DNA of 64,000 bases from an uncultured delta proteobacterium (GCA_963815115.1 CAWFFN010000005.1:96001-160000), one strand, 5' to 3'; positions 21,296 through 34,737 are shown, counted from the stretch's first letter. Made by a program: numbers and translations. The notes: generated by a model from the letters alone, not told the origin.

Positions 21296-22711
21296 TCAGG
21301 GCGAGACACTGCCCGCGTCTGCTTGGCGCGGGCGCGCACTGAGCGTCTCGGCCCGCAGTCCTGCCACGTCGTCCCGGGTCACCGCGTGGAGCATCGGATC
21401 GCGCCGGAGGAGGAGCAGCAGCCCGCCAGGCACCGACAGGGGGATCTTCTCGATCCAGAACCCGAGGTTCCCGATGAGGAATGCCTTTGCTGCCCCAGCC
21501 TTGCTTCCGAGCAGCCACACGAACACGAGTTCCCGGACTCCTTCGCCGGAGGCGGATGGCGCGATGAACGTCCCGAGCGTCATGACCGCCGAGGCGAACA
21601 AGACCTCGCTGATGCGGACGTCGTGCGTGCCCAAGGACATCGCATTCGCGAAGTACATGAGCGTGGTTGTGAGCTGCCCGAAAACGGCGAGACCAAGAGC
21701 CAGCAGGAGCTGCGTGCGTCGTGTCGAGTAGGTGGTGACGGCGTCGATGATCTCGCCGACGAATCGCCGCACACGGGCGTTCGGGATGACCCGGACGACG
21801 CGCCGGAACCAAGCGGGCTGCAGCAGCACGAGCACCGCCAACAGCACCGTCCCCGCAAAGGGAACCTTGAGGGCCCCGACCAGCTCGCCGAAGGATTGGC
21901 CGTGTGTCAGGCGGCCAGCGAACGGCATGAAGACCAGGATCAGCGCGAAGAGCGCCACGAGCCCCAGGATCCGCTCGACCACGAGCGTCGTTGCACATTC
22001 GACCGGACGTCGCGTCAGCCGGATGGTCTCGTAGAGCCGCCACGCGTCGAGCCCCATAGTACTCGGGGCGACGATGCCGAAGTAGCGGCCGATGAAGTAG
22101 GTACTGCTCAAGAACCCGAACTCCAGCTCGATCCCTTGTCCGTCAAGCAGGATCTGCCAGCGCCAGACATTGGCGAAGATGCCGAGGAGCTTGATCGCCA
22201 TGGCGGCAAAGAACCACGGGAGGAACACCGCAAGCCGAAGGTCACGAACCTCGTTCCAGATGTCAGAGAGGTCCGCCGGGACGAGTTGGAGGCCCTGCAC
22301 GCGGAAATAGACCGGAGTGCCCGCCTGCCTCAGCGGGACCGCCACGAACCGGCCGTCGGCCGTTCTCTCATAGACGGTGCTCAGTTCGGCCCCGTTGCAG
22401 TGGCGTGACGCTTTGAACTGACGGATGCTGCCGTCCGCGGCCGAGACGAAGACCGGGCGCTCGGCACCGACTTGGCAGACCTCGCGCTCCGAAACTGGGA
22501 CCCTGGGTTCGGGCAGGTGCTGCCCGGTCAACCGTGCCCGCAACCGCCCCACGATGCCGGGGAAGGCAGGATTCGCGGTCATGAACTCGCCCGGCGCATC
22601 CAGAGTGGCCTTGTCCACGGCCACGTATCCGCCGCCGAACTCGACGAAGATCCCGGCAAAGATGGCGAGCGTCACCGCGAGCTTGAGGGGCCCGCTCCTG
22701 AGCCCCCTCAT
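21296..22711 (-). CDS. Lysylphosphatidylglycerol-synthase TM domain (UPF0104/flippase-like) protein with periplasmic insert
   Basis: WRWQILL, PSTMGLDAWR, VVERILGL, PSASGEGVRE; multiple TM helices. Confidence 0.78.
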   Translation of the reverse strand: MRGLRSGPLKLAVTLAIFAGIFVEFGGGYVAVDKATLDAPGEFMTANPAFPGIVGRLRARLTGQHLPEPRVPVSEREVCQVGAERPVFVSAADGSIRQFKASRHCNGAELSTVYERTADGRFVAVPLRQAGTPVYFRVQGLQLVPADLSDIWNEVRDLRLAVFLPWFFAAMAIKLLGIFANVWRWQILLDGQGIELEFGFLSSTYFIGRYFGIVAPSTMGLDAWRLYETIRLTRRPVECATTLVVERILGLVALFALILVFMPFAGRLTHGQSFGELVGALKVPFAGTVLLAVLVLLQPAWFRRVVRVIPNARVRRFVGEIIDAVTTYSTRRTQLLLALGLAVFGQLTTTLMYFANAMSLGTHDVRISEVLFASAVMTLGTFIAPSASGEGVRELVFVWLLGSKAGAAKAFLIGNLGFWIEKIPLSVPGGLLLLLRRDPMLHAVTRDDVAGLRAETLSARPRQADAGSVSP

Positions 22712-22838
22712 GGCACGATCATCCCATCGCCGCCTTGGCGGTTCCTTCTCCGCGCTTCGGTGTTCATGGATTCGCAGCCACGGTCCATTGACCCTTCCTG
22801 CATTTGACGCGACAATGCCCCACTCCTACAGGAGCTGT

Positions 22839-22866
22839 TATCGTCGCACGATATCGTATATCGATA
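22839..22866. promoter_or_regulatory. Putative PadR operator copy 1
   Basis: TATCG-TCGCA-CGATATCG-TATAT-CGATA immediately upstream of padR. Confidence 0.75.
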
Positions 22867-22882
22867 CCTCGGCGTGCAAACC

Positions 22883-23185
22883 ATGGATGACCAGGAGCTC
22901 TACGTCGGCCTGATCCGCCTCCACATCCTCCATCACGCTGTCGAGGAGCCGATCTTCGGCCTCGGCATCATCGAGGAGCTCGCTCGTCACGGATACAAGC
23001 TGAGTGCAGGGACGCTCTACCCTCTCCTCCACGGGCTGGAGGGGAAGGGGTACCTGCGATCCTCGGAGCAGCGGCACAACGGTCGGGTCCGGCGGATCTA
23101 CCGGGCAACGGCGCGAGGACGTCGGGCCCTGGAGGCCGCGAAGGGGAAGGTGCGCGAGCTCTTCGGCGAGCTGTTCGAGGAGTGA
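22883..23185 (+). CDS. PadR-family transcriptional regulator
   Basis: GLIRLHILHHA...LSAGTLYPLLHGLE..GYL...RRIYRATARG. Confidence 0.92.
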   Translation: MDDQELYVGLIRLHILHHAVEEPIFGLGIIEELARHGYKLSAGTLYPLLHGLEGKGYLRSSEQRHNGRVRRIYRATARGRRALEAAKGKVRELFGELFEE

Positions 23186-23238
23186 TTGCCGCGTCCAATC
23201 TGAGGTCCGGTGCGTCGCAGGACAGCGGAAGGAGACCC

Positions 23239-23730
23239 ATGAACGGTGGCCAGGGCCTCGCGGCGCTTGCCGTCCTGTTCCTCGCAATGCCGGCGGGCGC
23301 AGCGGACCAGACCGAGCCCACCTACCTCCCGCCGCAGAGCGCGACCCGAGTGCTGACCGTCGCGAAGGAAGGCCAGGCCGAGGCCGGGGTCGTCGTCCTC
23401 ACCGAGGCGCTCGCCATCAAGGAAACGGGTCCGAAGGAGACGGTCGCTCGGTTCGCCGAGACCTACGCCTTCTCTCCCGCGGTCTTCGCGGTCTACCGCG
23501 ACCAGCCGACCCTCATCACCTTCCGCAACCTCCAGCCCGACGATGTCCATGACTTCATGCTCACCGACCCGAGCGGCTCAGTGCTCATGAAGGTTCAGTT
23601 CCCGGCCCTGGCGGACACGTCGTACGTCTTCACGTTCCATCGAGAAGGAATATTCCCCTTCTATTGCACGATGCACCAGCCTGCGATGAGCGGGCAGATT
23701 CTCGTCCTCCCACCCAAGAGCGGCGGCTGA
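23239..23730 (+). CDS. Secreted cupredoxin-domain protein
   Basis: Signal peptide; VHDF...FYCTMHQPAMSGQILV gives His/Cys/His/Met type-1 copper ligands. Confidence 0.82.
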   Translation: MNGGQGLAALAVLFLAMPAGAADQTEPTYLPPQSATRVLTVAKEGQAEAGVVVLTEALAIKETGPKETVARFAETYAFSPAVFAVYRDQPTLITFRNLQPDDVHDFMLTDPSGSVLMKVQFPALADTSYVFTFHREGIFPFYCTMHQPAMSGQILVLPPKSGG

Positions 23731-23759
23731 GCCGAGTGGGCGTGCCTCGGCCTGTCCGT

Positions 23760-24992
23760 CTAAAACCTCCCGCTCGTGATGTTCCACGTGATGTCGCCCT
23801 TCGCGAGCCGCGCGATCGCGGTTCGCGTGAACCTTCCCTGCTCCCACTGGTATCGGCGGAGCTCATGCTGATCCTCCGACCCGACGTAGACCTCCGCCTT
23901 GCCATCACCGTCCAGGTCCGCCACGTAGACCGGGTGCTCGAAACCCGACGACTCCGCATCGATGGGGGTCTTCTTCCAGCCATCGCCATCCCGCTCGAAG
24001 AGCCAGAGCCCGGAGGAGAGCGCCCCGGCGACGATGGCAATCTTGCCGTTGCCGTACACATCGCCGGCCGCCATGGAGCGCAGCTGGCGATCGGCGAGCG
24101 TCGCGACGTCCCGGCTTTGCAATCCGCCCTCGGCCCAGCGGTACTGCTTGACCGTCACCGGGCGTAGCACCTTCCCCTGAGCGTCTACGGCTGCCTCCCA
24201 CGCAGCGTAGAGCTCCACGCGCCCGTCGCCGTCGAGATCCGCGGCGAGAATCTCCTTGGCGTGCGTGTCGGACGCCTGTTCCACGATGGTCTTCTCCCAT
24301 TTGCCATCGACATGACGGTAGAGGCGCACATCACCCGCCTGTGGCTGGTCGAGCTTGTTCGGCTGACTCACACTCGCGAAGAACTCCGCCCGGCCGTCGC
24401 CGTCGATGTCGCCGATCTCGATCTCGTGGGCGAACCGCTCCGGCTCTCGATTCACTTCCTCGACCCGCCAGTTGTCGTCTGGGTGGACGACCGCGATCAC
24501 CCCCTGGTCGTGAGTCGCGATCACGAACTCATTCTTCCCGTCGCCGTCCACGTCCCCTTCTTCGACATCGCGGAGGCGATCGAACTTCCCGCCGAATGTT
24601 GGGCTCCAGTGTGTCTCCTGCCGCCACTGGCCACCGGCAAATCGCCAGACCTTGAGCATGGCGCGATCGCCCCCGATAGTGAGGATGCCACCATCGTAGG
24701 GGAGCGCCTTGTGAAAGACGTTGCTGTCCGGGTCCTCCAGGGTCACGGGCGTCCAGCCGCTCTCTGTCTTTCGGACGATGGTGAGCTTGGCCGCTCCGGG
24801 GATCGCTTCCGGCTTGCCATCCGCGCCCACTCGGTCGTGAAACTGCGCCTGGGTCACCAGAAGGGCGGGGTAGGGGCCACCCCCGAGCGCCTCGCGGACC
24901 GCCACCGGTTCCTGGTTCTTCGACTGATCGCCACAACCGATCCCCGCGGTGGCCAGAGCGGCCATCGCCAGTGCCAACCGAAGCGGCCTCAC
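23760..24992 (-). CDS. FG-GAP/VCBS-repeat lipoprotein
   Basis: Lipobox-like GIGC; repeated GDVDGDGK / ADLDGDGR motifs. Confidence 0.8.
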   Translation of the reverse strand: MRPLRLALAMAALATAGIGCGDQSKNQEPVAVREALGGGPYPALLVTQAQFHDRVGADGKPEAIPGAAKLTIVRKTESGWTPVTLEDPDSNVFHKALPYDGGILTIGGDRAMLKVWRFAGGQWRQETHWSPTFGGKFDRLRDVEEGDVDGDGKNEFVIATHDQGVIAVVHPDDNWRVEEVNREPERFAHEIEIGDIDGDGRAEFFASVSQPNKLDQPQAGDVRLYRHVDGKWEKTIVEQASDTHAKEILAADLDGDGRVELYAAWEAAVDAQGKVLRPVTVKQYRWAEGGLQSRDVATLADRQLRSMAAGDVYGNGKIAIVAGALSSGLWLFERDGDGWKKTPIDAESSGFEHPVYVADLDGDGKAEVYVGSEDQHELRRYQWEQGRFTRTAIARLAKGDITWNITSGRF

Positions 24993-25067
24993 GGCTCGTC
25001 CTCGAGCGTTTTCATGTCACGTGCGTCCTTCATCGTGCCCTCGTTGCCTCCTCGAGCACCTCAATGA

Positions 25068-25095
25068 TATCGACCACCGATATCGTGTCGCGATA
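25068..25095. promoter_or_regulatory. Putative PadR operator copy 2
   Basis: TATCG-ACCAC-CGATATCG-TGTCG-CGATA directly before the GGAGG RBS of the DoxX gene. Confidence 0.75.
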
Positions 25096-25111
25096 TGGAG
25101 GAGCAACACGA

Positions 25112-25558
25112 ATGTCCAACGGAGACACGAACGGACCGACCGGGTCCGCAGCCATTCTTCTGATACGCCTCGCGGTCGGGGGCATCTTCCTCTCCGAGGG
25201 CGTACAGAAGTTCCTCTTCCCCGAGGCGCTCGGTGTGGGTCGCTTCACGACCATCGGGATCCCGGCACCGCAGATCCTGGCGCCGTTTGACGGGGTCGTC
25301 GAGATCGGCTGCGGGCTCCTCGTTCTTCTCGGCCTCTTCACGCGCCTCGCGACCATTCCGCTCATCGTGGACATGCTCGTCGCCATTGCCACGACGAAGG
25401 TGCCGATCCTTCTGAAGAGCGGCTTCTGGAGCATGGCCCATGAGGCCCGGACCGACTGGGCGATGCTGCTGGGCTCCCTCTTCCTACTCGTCGCGGGACC
25501 GGGGCCGTGGTCCCTCGACGCTCGGCGGGGTCGAGGACAAGGGCCCCGCTATGGGTAG
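25112..25558 (+). CDS. DoxX-family membrane protein
   Basis: LLIRLAVGGIFLSEGVQKF...EIGCGLLVLLGLFTRLA...GPGPWSLDA. Confidence 0.9.
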   Translation: MSNGDTNGPTGSAAILLIRLAVGGIFLSEGVQKFLFPEALGVGRFTTIGIPAPQILAPFDGVVEIGCGLLVLLGLFTRLATIPLIVDMLVAIATTKVPILLKSGFWSMAHEARTDWAMLLGSLFLLVAGPGPWSLDARRGRGQGPRYG

Positions 25559-26718
25559 CCCGGCAGAGAGATCCGCATCCCCGGCGGCGGCGCTCCGAGA
25601 GTTGGCAGCGCTCTTCCTCCGCCTGGGCGCCACCGCCTTCGGGGGACCGGCCGCGCACATCGCGATGCTCGAAGACGAGGTCGTGCGGCGGCGCCGCTGG
25701 CTCACCCACGAACGCTTCCTCGACATGTTGGGGGCGACGAACGTCATCCCGGGTCCGAACTCGACCGAAATGGCGATCCATGTCGGTCTCGACCGCGCGG
25801 GTCTCCCGGGGGTGGTGATCGCCGGCATGTCGTTCATTCTCCCCGCCGCCCTCATCACCCTCCTCATCGCCTGGGCCTACGTGCGCTTCGGAGCGCTCCC
25901 CGAAGCGAGCGCTTTTCTCTACGGCGCGAAGGCGGCGATCATCGCCGTGGTCCTGCAGGCACTGTGGCGCCTTGGCCGTGCGGCCCTCCGATCGCGGCCG
26001 CTGGTCGTCACGGCGCTCGTTGCGCTCGCGGCGTCGGCGCTCGGCGTGCACGAGCTCGTCGTGCTCTTCGGGGCCGGCGGCGTGCTCGCCGCGGGTGAGG
26101 CCTTGAAAGCGCGGCTGAGCGACAAGCGGCTCCCCCCGACCGTCGCCACGTGCCTTGTGCCGCTCGGGATCGCGGAATGCGCCGGGACGGCTGCGGCGAC
26201 GTTCACGCTCGGCGGCCTGTTCCTCTTCTTCCTCAAGGTCGGGGCGGTTCTCTTCGGAAGCGGCTACGTCCTGCTCGCATTCCTCCGCGCGGATCTGGTC
26301 GAGCGCTGGCACTGGCTCACGAACGAGCAGCTCCTGGACGCGATCGCGGTCGGCCAGATCACGCCCGGACCCGTCTTCACGCACCGCCACCTTCATCGGC
26401 TACCTTCTCGGGCGCACGCGGGGGGCGTTGGTCGCGACCGTGGGCATCTTCCTGCCAGCCTTCGTTTTCGTCGCGCTCATCGGGCCGTTTCTTCCACGCA
26501 TCCGACGATCCGCAACGGCGGCGGCGTTCCTCGACGGCGTGAACGTCGCCTCGCTGGCGCTCCTCGCGCTGGTCACTGGGGCACTCGCGTACGGCGCGAT
26601 CGTCGATTGGAAGACGGCTGGTATTGCCTTCGGAGCGACCGTTCTCCTCGTGCGCTGTGGCTTGAACTCCGCCTGGCTCGTCCTCGGCGGCGGCGTCCTC
26701 GGTCTCCTGGCAGGGTAG
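25551..26718 (+). CDS. chrA: Chromate ion transporter (long-chain CHR), frameshift ~26380
   Basis: FLRLGATAFGGP, PGPNSTE, FGSGYVL, GQITPGPVF, then shifted frame TATFIGYL...GIFLPAF. Confidence 0.85.
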
Positions 26719-26775
26719 GGAGATACCATCGGGACTCCCAGAGTCCTCAGGTCGACCGTCGCACGGGGGCTCCTC

Positions 26776-27507
26776 GTGGCGGCGGTCTTCTGGTCATCGC
26801 TCCAGCGATCGGCGTTGGCTGGGCCGCCGTACGTGACTGACGACCCAGAGCCGGTGGATTACCAGCATTGGGAGGTCTACCTCGCCTCACAACTCGCTCA
26901 TGACTCGGGCGGGTGGTCGGGAACGGCTCCTCACATCGAGATCAACTACGGTGTCGTGCCGAACGTCCAGCTCCATGTCATTGCGCCTGCCATCGTCGAC
27001 GCCCCGACTCACGGGCGGACACGGTACGGCTATGGCGATACGGAACTCGGCACGAAGGTTCGTTTCGTCCAGGAGACCACGTGGCGACCCCAGGTCGGCG
27101 TGTTCCCACTCCTCGAGGTTCCGACGGGGGACCATCGTCGAGGACTCGGAAGCGGCCACACGAAGGCCTTCCTCCCACTGTGGCTACAGAAGAGCTTCGG
27201 GCCGTGGACAACATATGGTGGTGGGGGCTACTGGCTGAACCCGGGCAAGGGCAACCGCGATGGGGCCTTTGTCGGCTGGCAGATCCAACGGCAGGCGCTT
27301 TCAAACCTCAACGTGGGTGCCGAGGTCTTCCACCAAACCCCGCAGGAGGAAGGCGGCGAGCCGGAGACTCGATTCAACATCGGCTGCGTGTTCGACTTTA
27401 GCGAGACGCACCATCTGCTCTTGTCTGCCGGCCGCGGTCTTCAGGGGCCAAACGAAGCTCAGCTCTACCTCGCGTATCAGCTCACCTTCGGGCCTGACGC
27501 ACGATGA
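26776..27507 (+). CDS. Putative outer-membrane beta-barrel 'transporter' (MetA-pathway/phenol-degradation-like)
   Basis: AGPPYVTDDPEPV, GYGDTELGTK, alternating aromatic beta-strands, C-terminal YQLTF. True start uncertain. Confidence 0.65.
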   Translation: MAAVFWSSLQRSALAGPPYVTDDPEPVDYQHWEVYLASQLAHDSGGWSGTAPHIEINYGVVPNVQLHVIAPAIVDAPTHGRTRYGYGDTELGTKVRFVQETTWRPQVGVFPLLEVPTGDHRRGLGSGHTKAFLPLWLQKSFGPWTTYGGGGYWLNPGKGNRDGAFVGWQIQRQALSNLNVGAEVFHQTPQEEGGEPETRFNIGCVFDFSETHHLLLSAGRGLQGPNEAQLYLAYQLTFGPDAR

Positions 27508-27787
27508 CGGAGGAGTTCAGGGTCAACGGGGATTCTCTTGCACTACGTCCGGCAGAGCTTTCGTTCGCCCGCATCATAGACAGACCCACGTGGCTGGTGG
27601 AGCTTCAGAGTGCTCCGAGTGCCCGTGACGTGGGCGCGCGACGCTCCTCCCAGGACGAGGCCGCGGACGACGGCGTGCCGCATTCGCTCCCCAATCTCCA
27701 TCTGACATCGGAGCCGGTGATGTGCGACGCCCGCGTGGGCTGGGCCTGCGCATCCGGGCGGTCTGTGGTCGACGGGTTGCAGGCCCC

Positions 27788-30763
<2,976 letters not shown>

Positions 30764-30803
30764 GGCATCCCTCCTTCTCGCTGCTGGGGGCGCGGTGTCC
30801 CGA

Positions 30804-31322
30804 TCAGCGACGCCGCCGCTGGCTTCGGGTCGACGCGTAGCCTGCCACATCGCGGGGCGTCACCGAGAGCGCCCGGTACGAGAGGCGCCGGAACACCACA
30901 CCATGGGAGGCGGCGACGTCGCCGACGGCGTCGAACGCCTGGTCGTCGCTGACGACCTCGAGCACGTCCCCCGCCCGCGCGCCCGCGAGCCAGACGCCGG
31001 CCGCCACCGCGATGCGCAGATCGCTCCAGTCCTTCACCCCGGCCACGGGCGCGCTGTGCGCCAGCGTCGCGCCGCGGCGCGCCAGCAAGCTCGCGGTCTC
31101 CTGCCCCACGACGCGCCAGTTGCCCATCGCGACGAACGTCACGCCAGGACCGAGTTGGATGAGCTCGAGGTGATCGAGCACCGCGGCCACATCCTCGGGA
31201 CGGCTCGTGTTCTCCACGTCGAAGAACACGGCGCGGAGCGATCGCCCGGACGGCGGGGGTCCGTCCGAGGGCAGGCTCCCTCCGGTATCGTCCATCAGCA
31301 CCTCGTTCCCGGCTCCGCTCAT
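30804..31322 (-). CDS. NYN (PIN-like) domain protein
   Basis: VFFDVEN, KDWSDLRIAV, VVSDDQAFD acidic motifs. Confidence 0.72.
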   Translation of the reverse strand: MSGAGNEVLMDDTGGSLPSDGPPPSGRSLRAVFFDVENTSRPEDVAAVLDHLELIQLGPGVTFVAMGNWRVVGQETASLLARRGATLAHSAPVAGVKDWSDLRIAVAAGVWLAGARAGDVLEVVSDDQAFDAVGDVAASHGVVFRRLSYRALSVTPRDVAGYASTRSQRRRR

Positions 31323-31489
31323 CTCACGTCCCCCGGCCGTTCTGCGGGCAGCCGACACAGGGCGAGTGCAGCCCCGTGGACGCGGATTGGTCGCCCCTGC
31401 GCGGCCCGCTCGAGCAGCGCGCGCGCCGCCGGATCGCGGATCGTGCGACCAGGAAGTGGGGATCGGACTGCGTCATCCGGTCACGACCG

Positions 31490-31909
31490 TCACCGCACGA
31501 CCAGCACCGAGCACGGCGCATGGTCGACCACCTTGTCCGCCGTCGTGCCGAGGAGTCGTCCCCAGATGCCCGAATGCCCGCTGTGCCCGATGACCAGCAG
31601 ATCGGCGCCCACCTCGAGCGCGTAGTGCGGCAGGGCCTGCGCGGGGTGGCCCGGACGTACCTCGCGGTGGGCGACCAGACCCGCGCGGGTGACCTGTTCG
31701 ACCGCCTCGTCCTGGACTTCGCGGTAGAAGCGCTCCGCAGACCGCTGCTCATCTTCCACCTCGTCGATCGCGCCCGGGTAGTGCGGCAGCTGCTCGACCG
31801 AGATGAGGAACAGCTCGGCCTTGGCCGTGCGCGCGAGGGCGATGGCGGTCTCGAGTGCGCGTCGAGATCCCTCCGACCCGTCGAGCCCCACTAGAATGCG
31901 TCGGTACAT
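31490..31909 (-). CDS. Universal stress protein
   Basis: YRRILVGLDGSEGSRRAL...ADLLVIGHSG...LLGTTADKVVDHAPCSVLVVR. Confidence 0.93.
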   Translation of the reverse strand: MYRRILVGLDGSEGSRRALETAIALARTAKAELFLISVEQLPHYPGAIDEVEDEQRSAERFYREVQDEAVEQVTRAGLVAHREVRPGHPAQALPHYALEVGADLLVIGHSGHSGIWGRLLGTTADKVVDHAPCSVLVVR

Positions 31910-31911
31910 CG

Positions 31912-33111
31912 CTACCTCCCGTGTCGCGCGCCTGCGCGCGCGTGCACCTCGGCTTCCGGCGCCGGCGTCTTGACCGGCCCCGCCTCCACCTGCGGCTGGA
32001 AGAACGTCTGCGCCACGATCGTCGGCACGACGGCGCTGCCGATGACGACCGTGACCAGCACGGTGTACTGCGTCTGGTCGATGTAGTGGTTCTCGAGACC
32101 GAAGAGCGCCGAGATGGTACCGAAGGTGAGTCCGGTGGCCATCATGAGCGTCGTGTAGTTGGCTTCCCGACGTGGCAGCCGGAATGCGCGCGCCACCGGC
32201 CACACGCCGATGAACTTCGCACCCAGCTTGACGCCGAGGAGCGCGATCACGAGGCCGGCGCTCGTCGCCAGCGCGGGGAGCGAGACGAAGAGCCCCGCCT
32301 TCAGGAAATAGAACGGCGTCAGCATGGTGAAGGCTATCGAGCGCATCCGGGTGACGAGGATGCGGTCCTGCAGGAAGACCCCCGCCACAACGAGCCCGAT
32401 CAAGTATGCGGGCAGCACGGCCTCGCTGCGCGCCGTCGTGGCAAGGCCGCCGAGGAAGAAGAGCACCAGGAAGAGCAACTTCACCTCCGGTTCGCTCACC
32501 CGGCTCGCCCCGAACGTGCTGATGACCGCGCGCATCATCCGAGGCAGGTAGCGCAACACCACTGCAAGGATCGCCACGAAGACGATCAGCCAACGGTTGA
32601 AGTCCGCGAAGAATACACCCAGCGCCAGGACCGTCCCGAAGTCGGTCACGAAGCAGGCGGCGAGAATCATCTTCCCGATGCTCCTGCTGCTGAGCCCGGT
32701 CTCGACCATCACCGCGTAGACCACGGCGACCGACGTGGTCGAGAGCGCGATGCCACAGATGAGCGCCCCCTCGTACGTCCAGCCGATCACCCAGGAGGCG
32801 AAGGCCCACGCCGCGAGGAAGGGCACCAGGAACGACACGATGCCGATCGTCAGCGCAGCCTTGAGGTGCGTACGCAGCGAGTCGGGATCGATCTCGGCGC
32901 CGGCGAGGAAGGTGAGCAGACCCGCACCGAAGGTGGCGAGGAAGTTGATCCAGTCTGTGGTGTGGAAGCCCAGGAAGTTACCCGCGACGACGCCCATCCC
33001 GATCTCGAGCAACGCGACGGAGATGCCAGTGCGGATCGAGAGCACGCTGGCGACGAAGGCGAGCAGCATCCAGGCCGCCGCGATGAACCAGACGTTGGTT
33101 ATGTGCTCCAT
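31912..33111 (-). CDS. Cation:proton antiporter (CPA2-like)
   Basis: About 12 TM; LTFLAGAEID, ALSTTSVAVV, ACFVTDFG, PFYFLKAG. Confidence 0.88.
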   Translation of the reverse strand: MEHITNVWFIAAAWMLLAFVASVLSIRTGISVALLEIGMGVVAGNFLGFHTTDWINFLATFGAGLLTFLAGAEIDPDSLRTHLKAALTIGIVSFLVPFLAAWAFASWVIGWTYEGALICGIALSTTSVAVVYAVMVETGLSSRSIGKMILAACFVTDFGTVLALGVFFADFNRWLIVFVAILAVVLRYLPRMMRAVISTFGASRVSEPEVKLLFLVLFFLGGLATTARSEAVLPAYLIGLVVAGVFLQDRILVTRMRSIAFTMLTPFYFLKAGLFVSLPALATSAGLVIALLGVKLGAKFIGVWPVARAFRLPRREANYTTLMMATGLTFGTISALFGLENHYIDQTQYTVLVTVVIGSAVVPTIVAQTFFQPQVEAGPVKTPAPEAEVHARAGARHGR

Positions 33112-33346
33112 CGTCCGCCCTCCGTCTCGCCGGCCCGTCTGCGGGCGCATCCGGGCGACGAGCGCCCGGTCGTGACGACGCGATCGCGGCCACGGGGTCG
33201 AACGGTCCCTCGAGTGGCGCCGGTGAAGTCACGCCCTGCGACCGCGCTGCCCGGGACGCCGCCCCGCGTGCGCCAAGCCCTCTCGCAACCCGTCGGGCCG
33301 CGGTGCCTGGCTGTCTGCTGTGGGACCCCTCCCATGTGTTCTCCAG

Positions 33347-33398
33347 GTAGGGGTCATCAGCCCTGAGGGCGACTGTGCGGCGAACCCCATCCAAACCG
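33347..33398 (-). ncRNA. Fluoride (crcB) riboswitch 2
   Basis: Minus strand GGTTTGGATGGGGTTCGCC-GCACAGTC-GCCCTCAGGGC-TGATGACCCCTAC. Compensatory pseudoknot GGGGT/ACCCC; 5' P1 strand is imperfect. Confidence 0.78.
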
Positions 33399-33433
33399 GC
33401 AACAGAGGCCGCCGTCACCCGCGGTTTGGGATG

Positions 33434-34680
33434 TCAGCGCGCCCGCAGCAGGGCCGCCGCCCCGACAGCTCCCATCACCGCCGCGTAGCCGAAGCCGGCG
33501 GCCGGCGAGACGGAGGCCAGAGCCATCCCACCAGCGCGCTGGCCACCAGGTCGCCCACGCCGTTGACCGCCGCGAGTGCGCCGAAGCCCGTGCCGCGCAG
33601 GGGCTCCGGCAGCAGCTCAGCGGCAACGGCGCGCTCGAGCACCTCCTCCGCAGACAGCGCCAGCCCGGCGAGGACGAAGAGTCCCGCCAGGACGAGGAGG
33701 CTCGGTCTCGCCGGGGCGACGAGGAAGCCCGCGGCCATGCCGCTGAAGACGAGATAGCCGCCGGCGAGCACGCGGCGGGCGCCGAAACGCTCGCCGAGCA
33801 CGCCGATGGGGTAGGCTGACACGGCGTGCACGAGATTGTGCAGGACATACAGGGCCACGGCTCCGCGCGCGGGGGTGAGGAGACCGGACGACGGGAGCAT
33901 CTCGACCGCGCGCAGGACGAGCAGCGAGCGCGCGAAATCACCGAGCCCGAAGAGGAACACCGCGCCGAGAAACGCCTTGAAGCGGCGGGGCAAGCCGGCC
34001 AGGCTCGCGCGCAGCGGTTGGCGCCGCCGCACCCGCGCGATCTCCCGCACGCTCGCGAAAGCCAGCACCGACAGGACTCCCGGCACGAGTGTGAGGGCAA
34101 AGATCGGCCGGTACGCGAGGTGCCCCATGAGGACGAGGGCGACGAGCGGACCGACGACCGCACCTGCGGTATCCATGGTGCGATCGAAGCCGAACGCCCG
34201 ACCGTAGGCCCACGCCGGCACCGCCTCGGCGAGCATCGCGTCGCGTACCGGGCTGCGCATCCCGCGGCCCGTCCAGCTGATCGCGCGGACGGCGAAGACG
34301 CCGAACGGGCTGCGGGCGAGCGCGAAGGCCGCCATGCCGACCCCGGTCGCGGCATACCCCACGATGCCGATGGGCTTGCGATGTCGGAGCCCGTCGCTGA
34401 ACCAGCCCGACACGATCTTCGCCGCCGTGGAGAGGGCGTCGGACACGCCTTCGAGCAGCCCAAAGGTCGCTGCCGAGCCACCGACGCTGCTGAGGAGGAA
34501 CATCGGTAGCACGGCGGTCGCCATCTCGTGGCCGGCGTCGGAAAACAGGCTCGCGAGGCCGAACGCCAGGATGTTCCGGCTGAACCAGTCGGAGCCGGCG
34601 ATCGGAACGGCCCCTGCCCGGGATCCGGCACCGTCAGCGTCCAGGGACTTGTCCGCGCCTCGCTCGTCGCGTCTTGCCAT
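33434..34680 (-). CDS. MFS transporter (frameshift ~33518 near C-terminus)
   Basis: GLASLFSDAGHEM, GWFSDGLRHRKP, GRGMRSPVRDA, AFGFDRTMDTAGA. The shifted frame supplies the last TM ...GFGYAAVMGAVGAAALLRAR-TGA. Confidence 0.88.
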
Positions 34681-34737
34681 GCGTCCTCCTGGAGCTCCGC
34701 ATGGCATGCGCATGATCTCCCGCCGTGCGGCTCGTTG

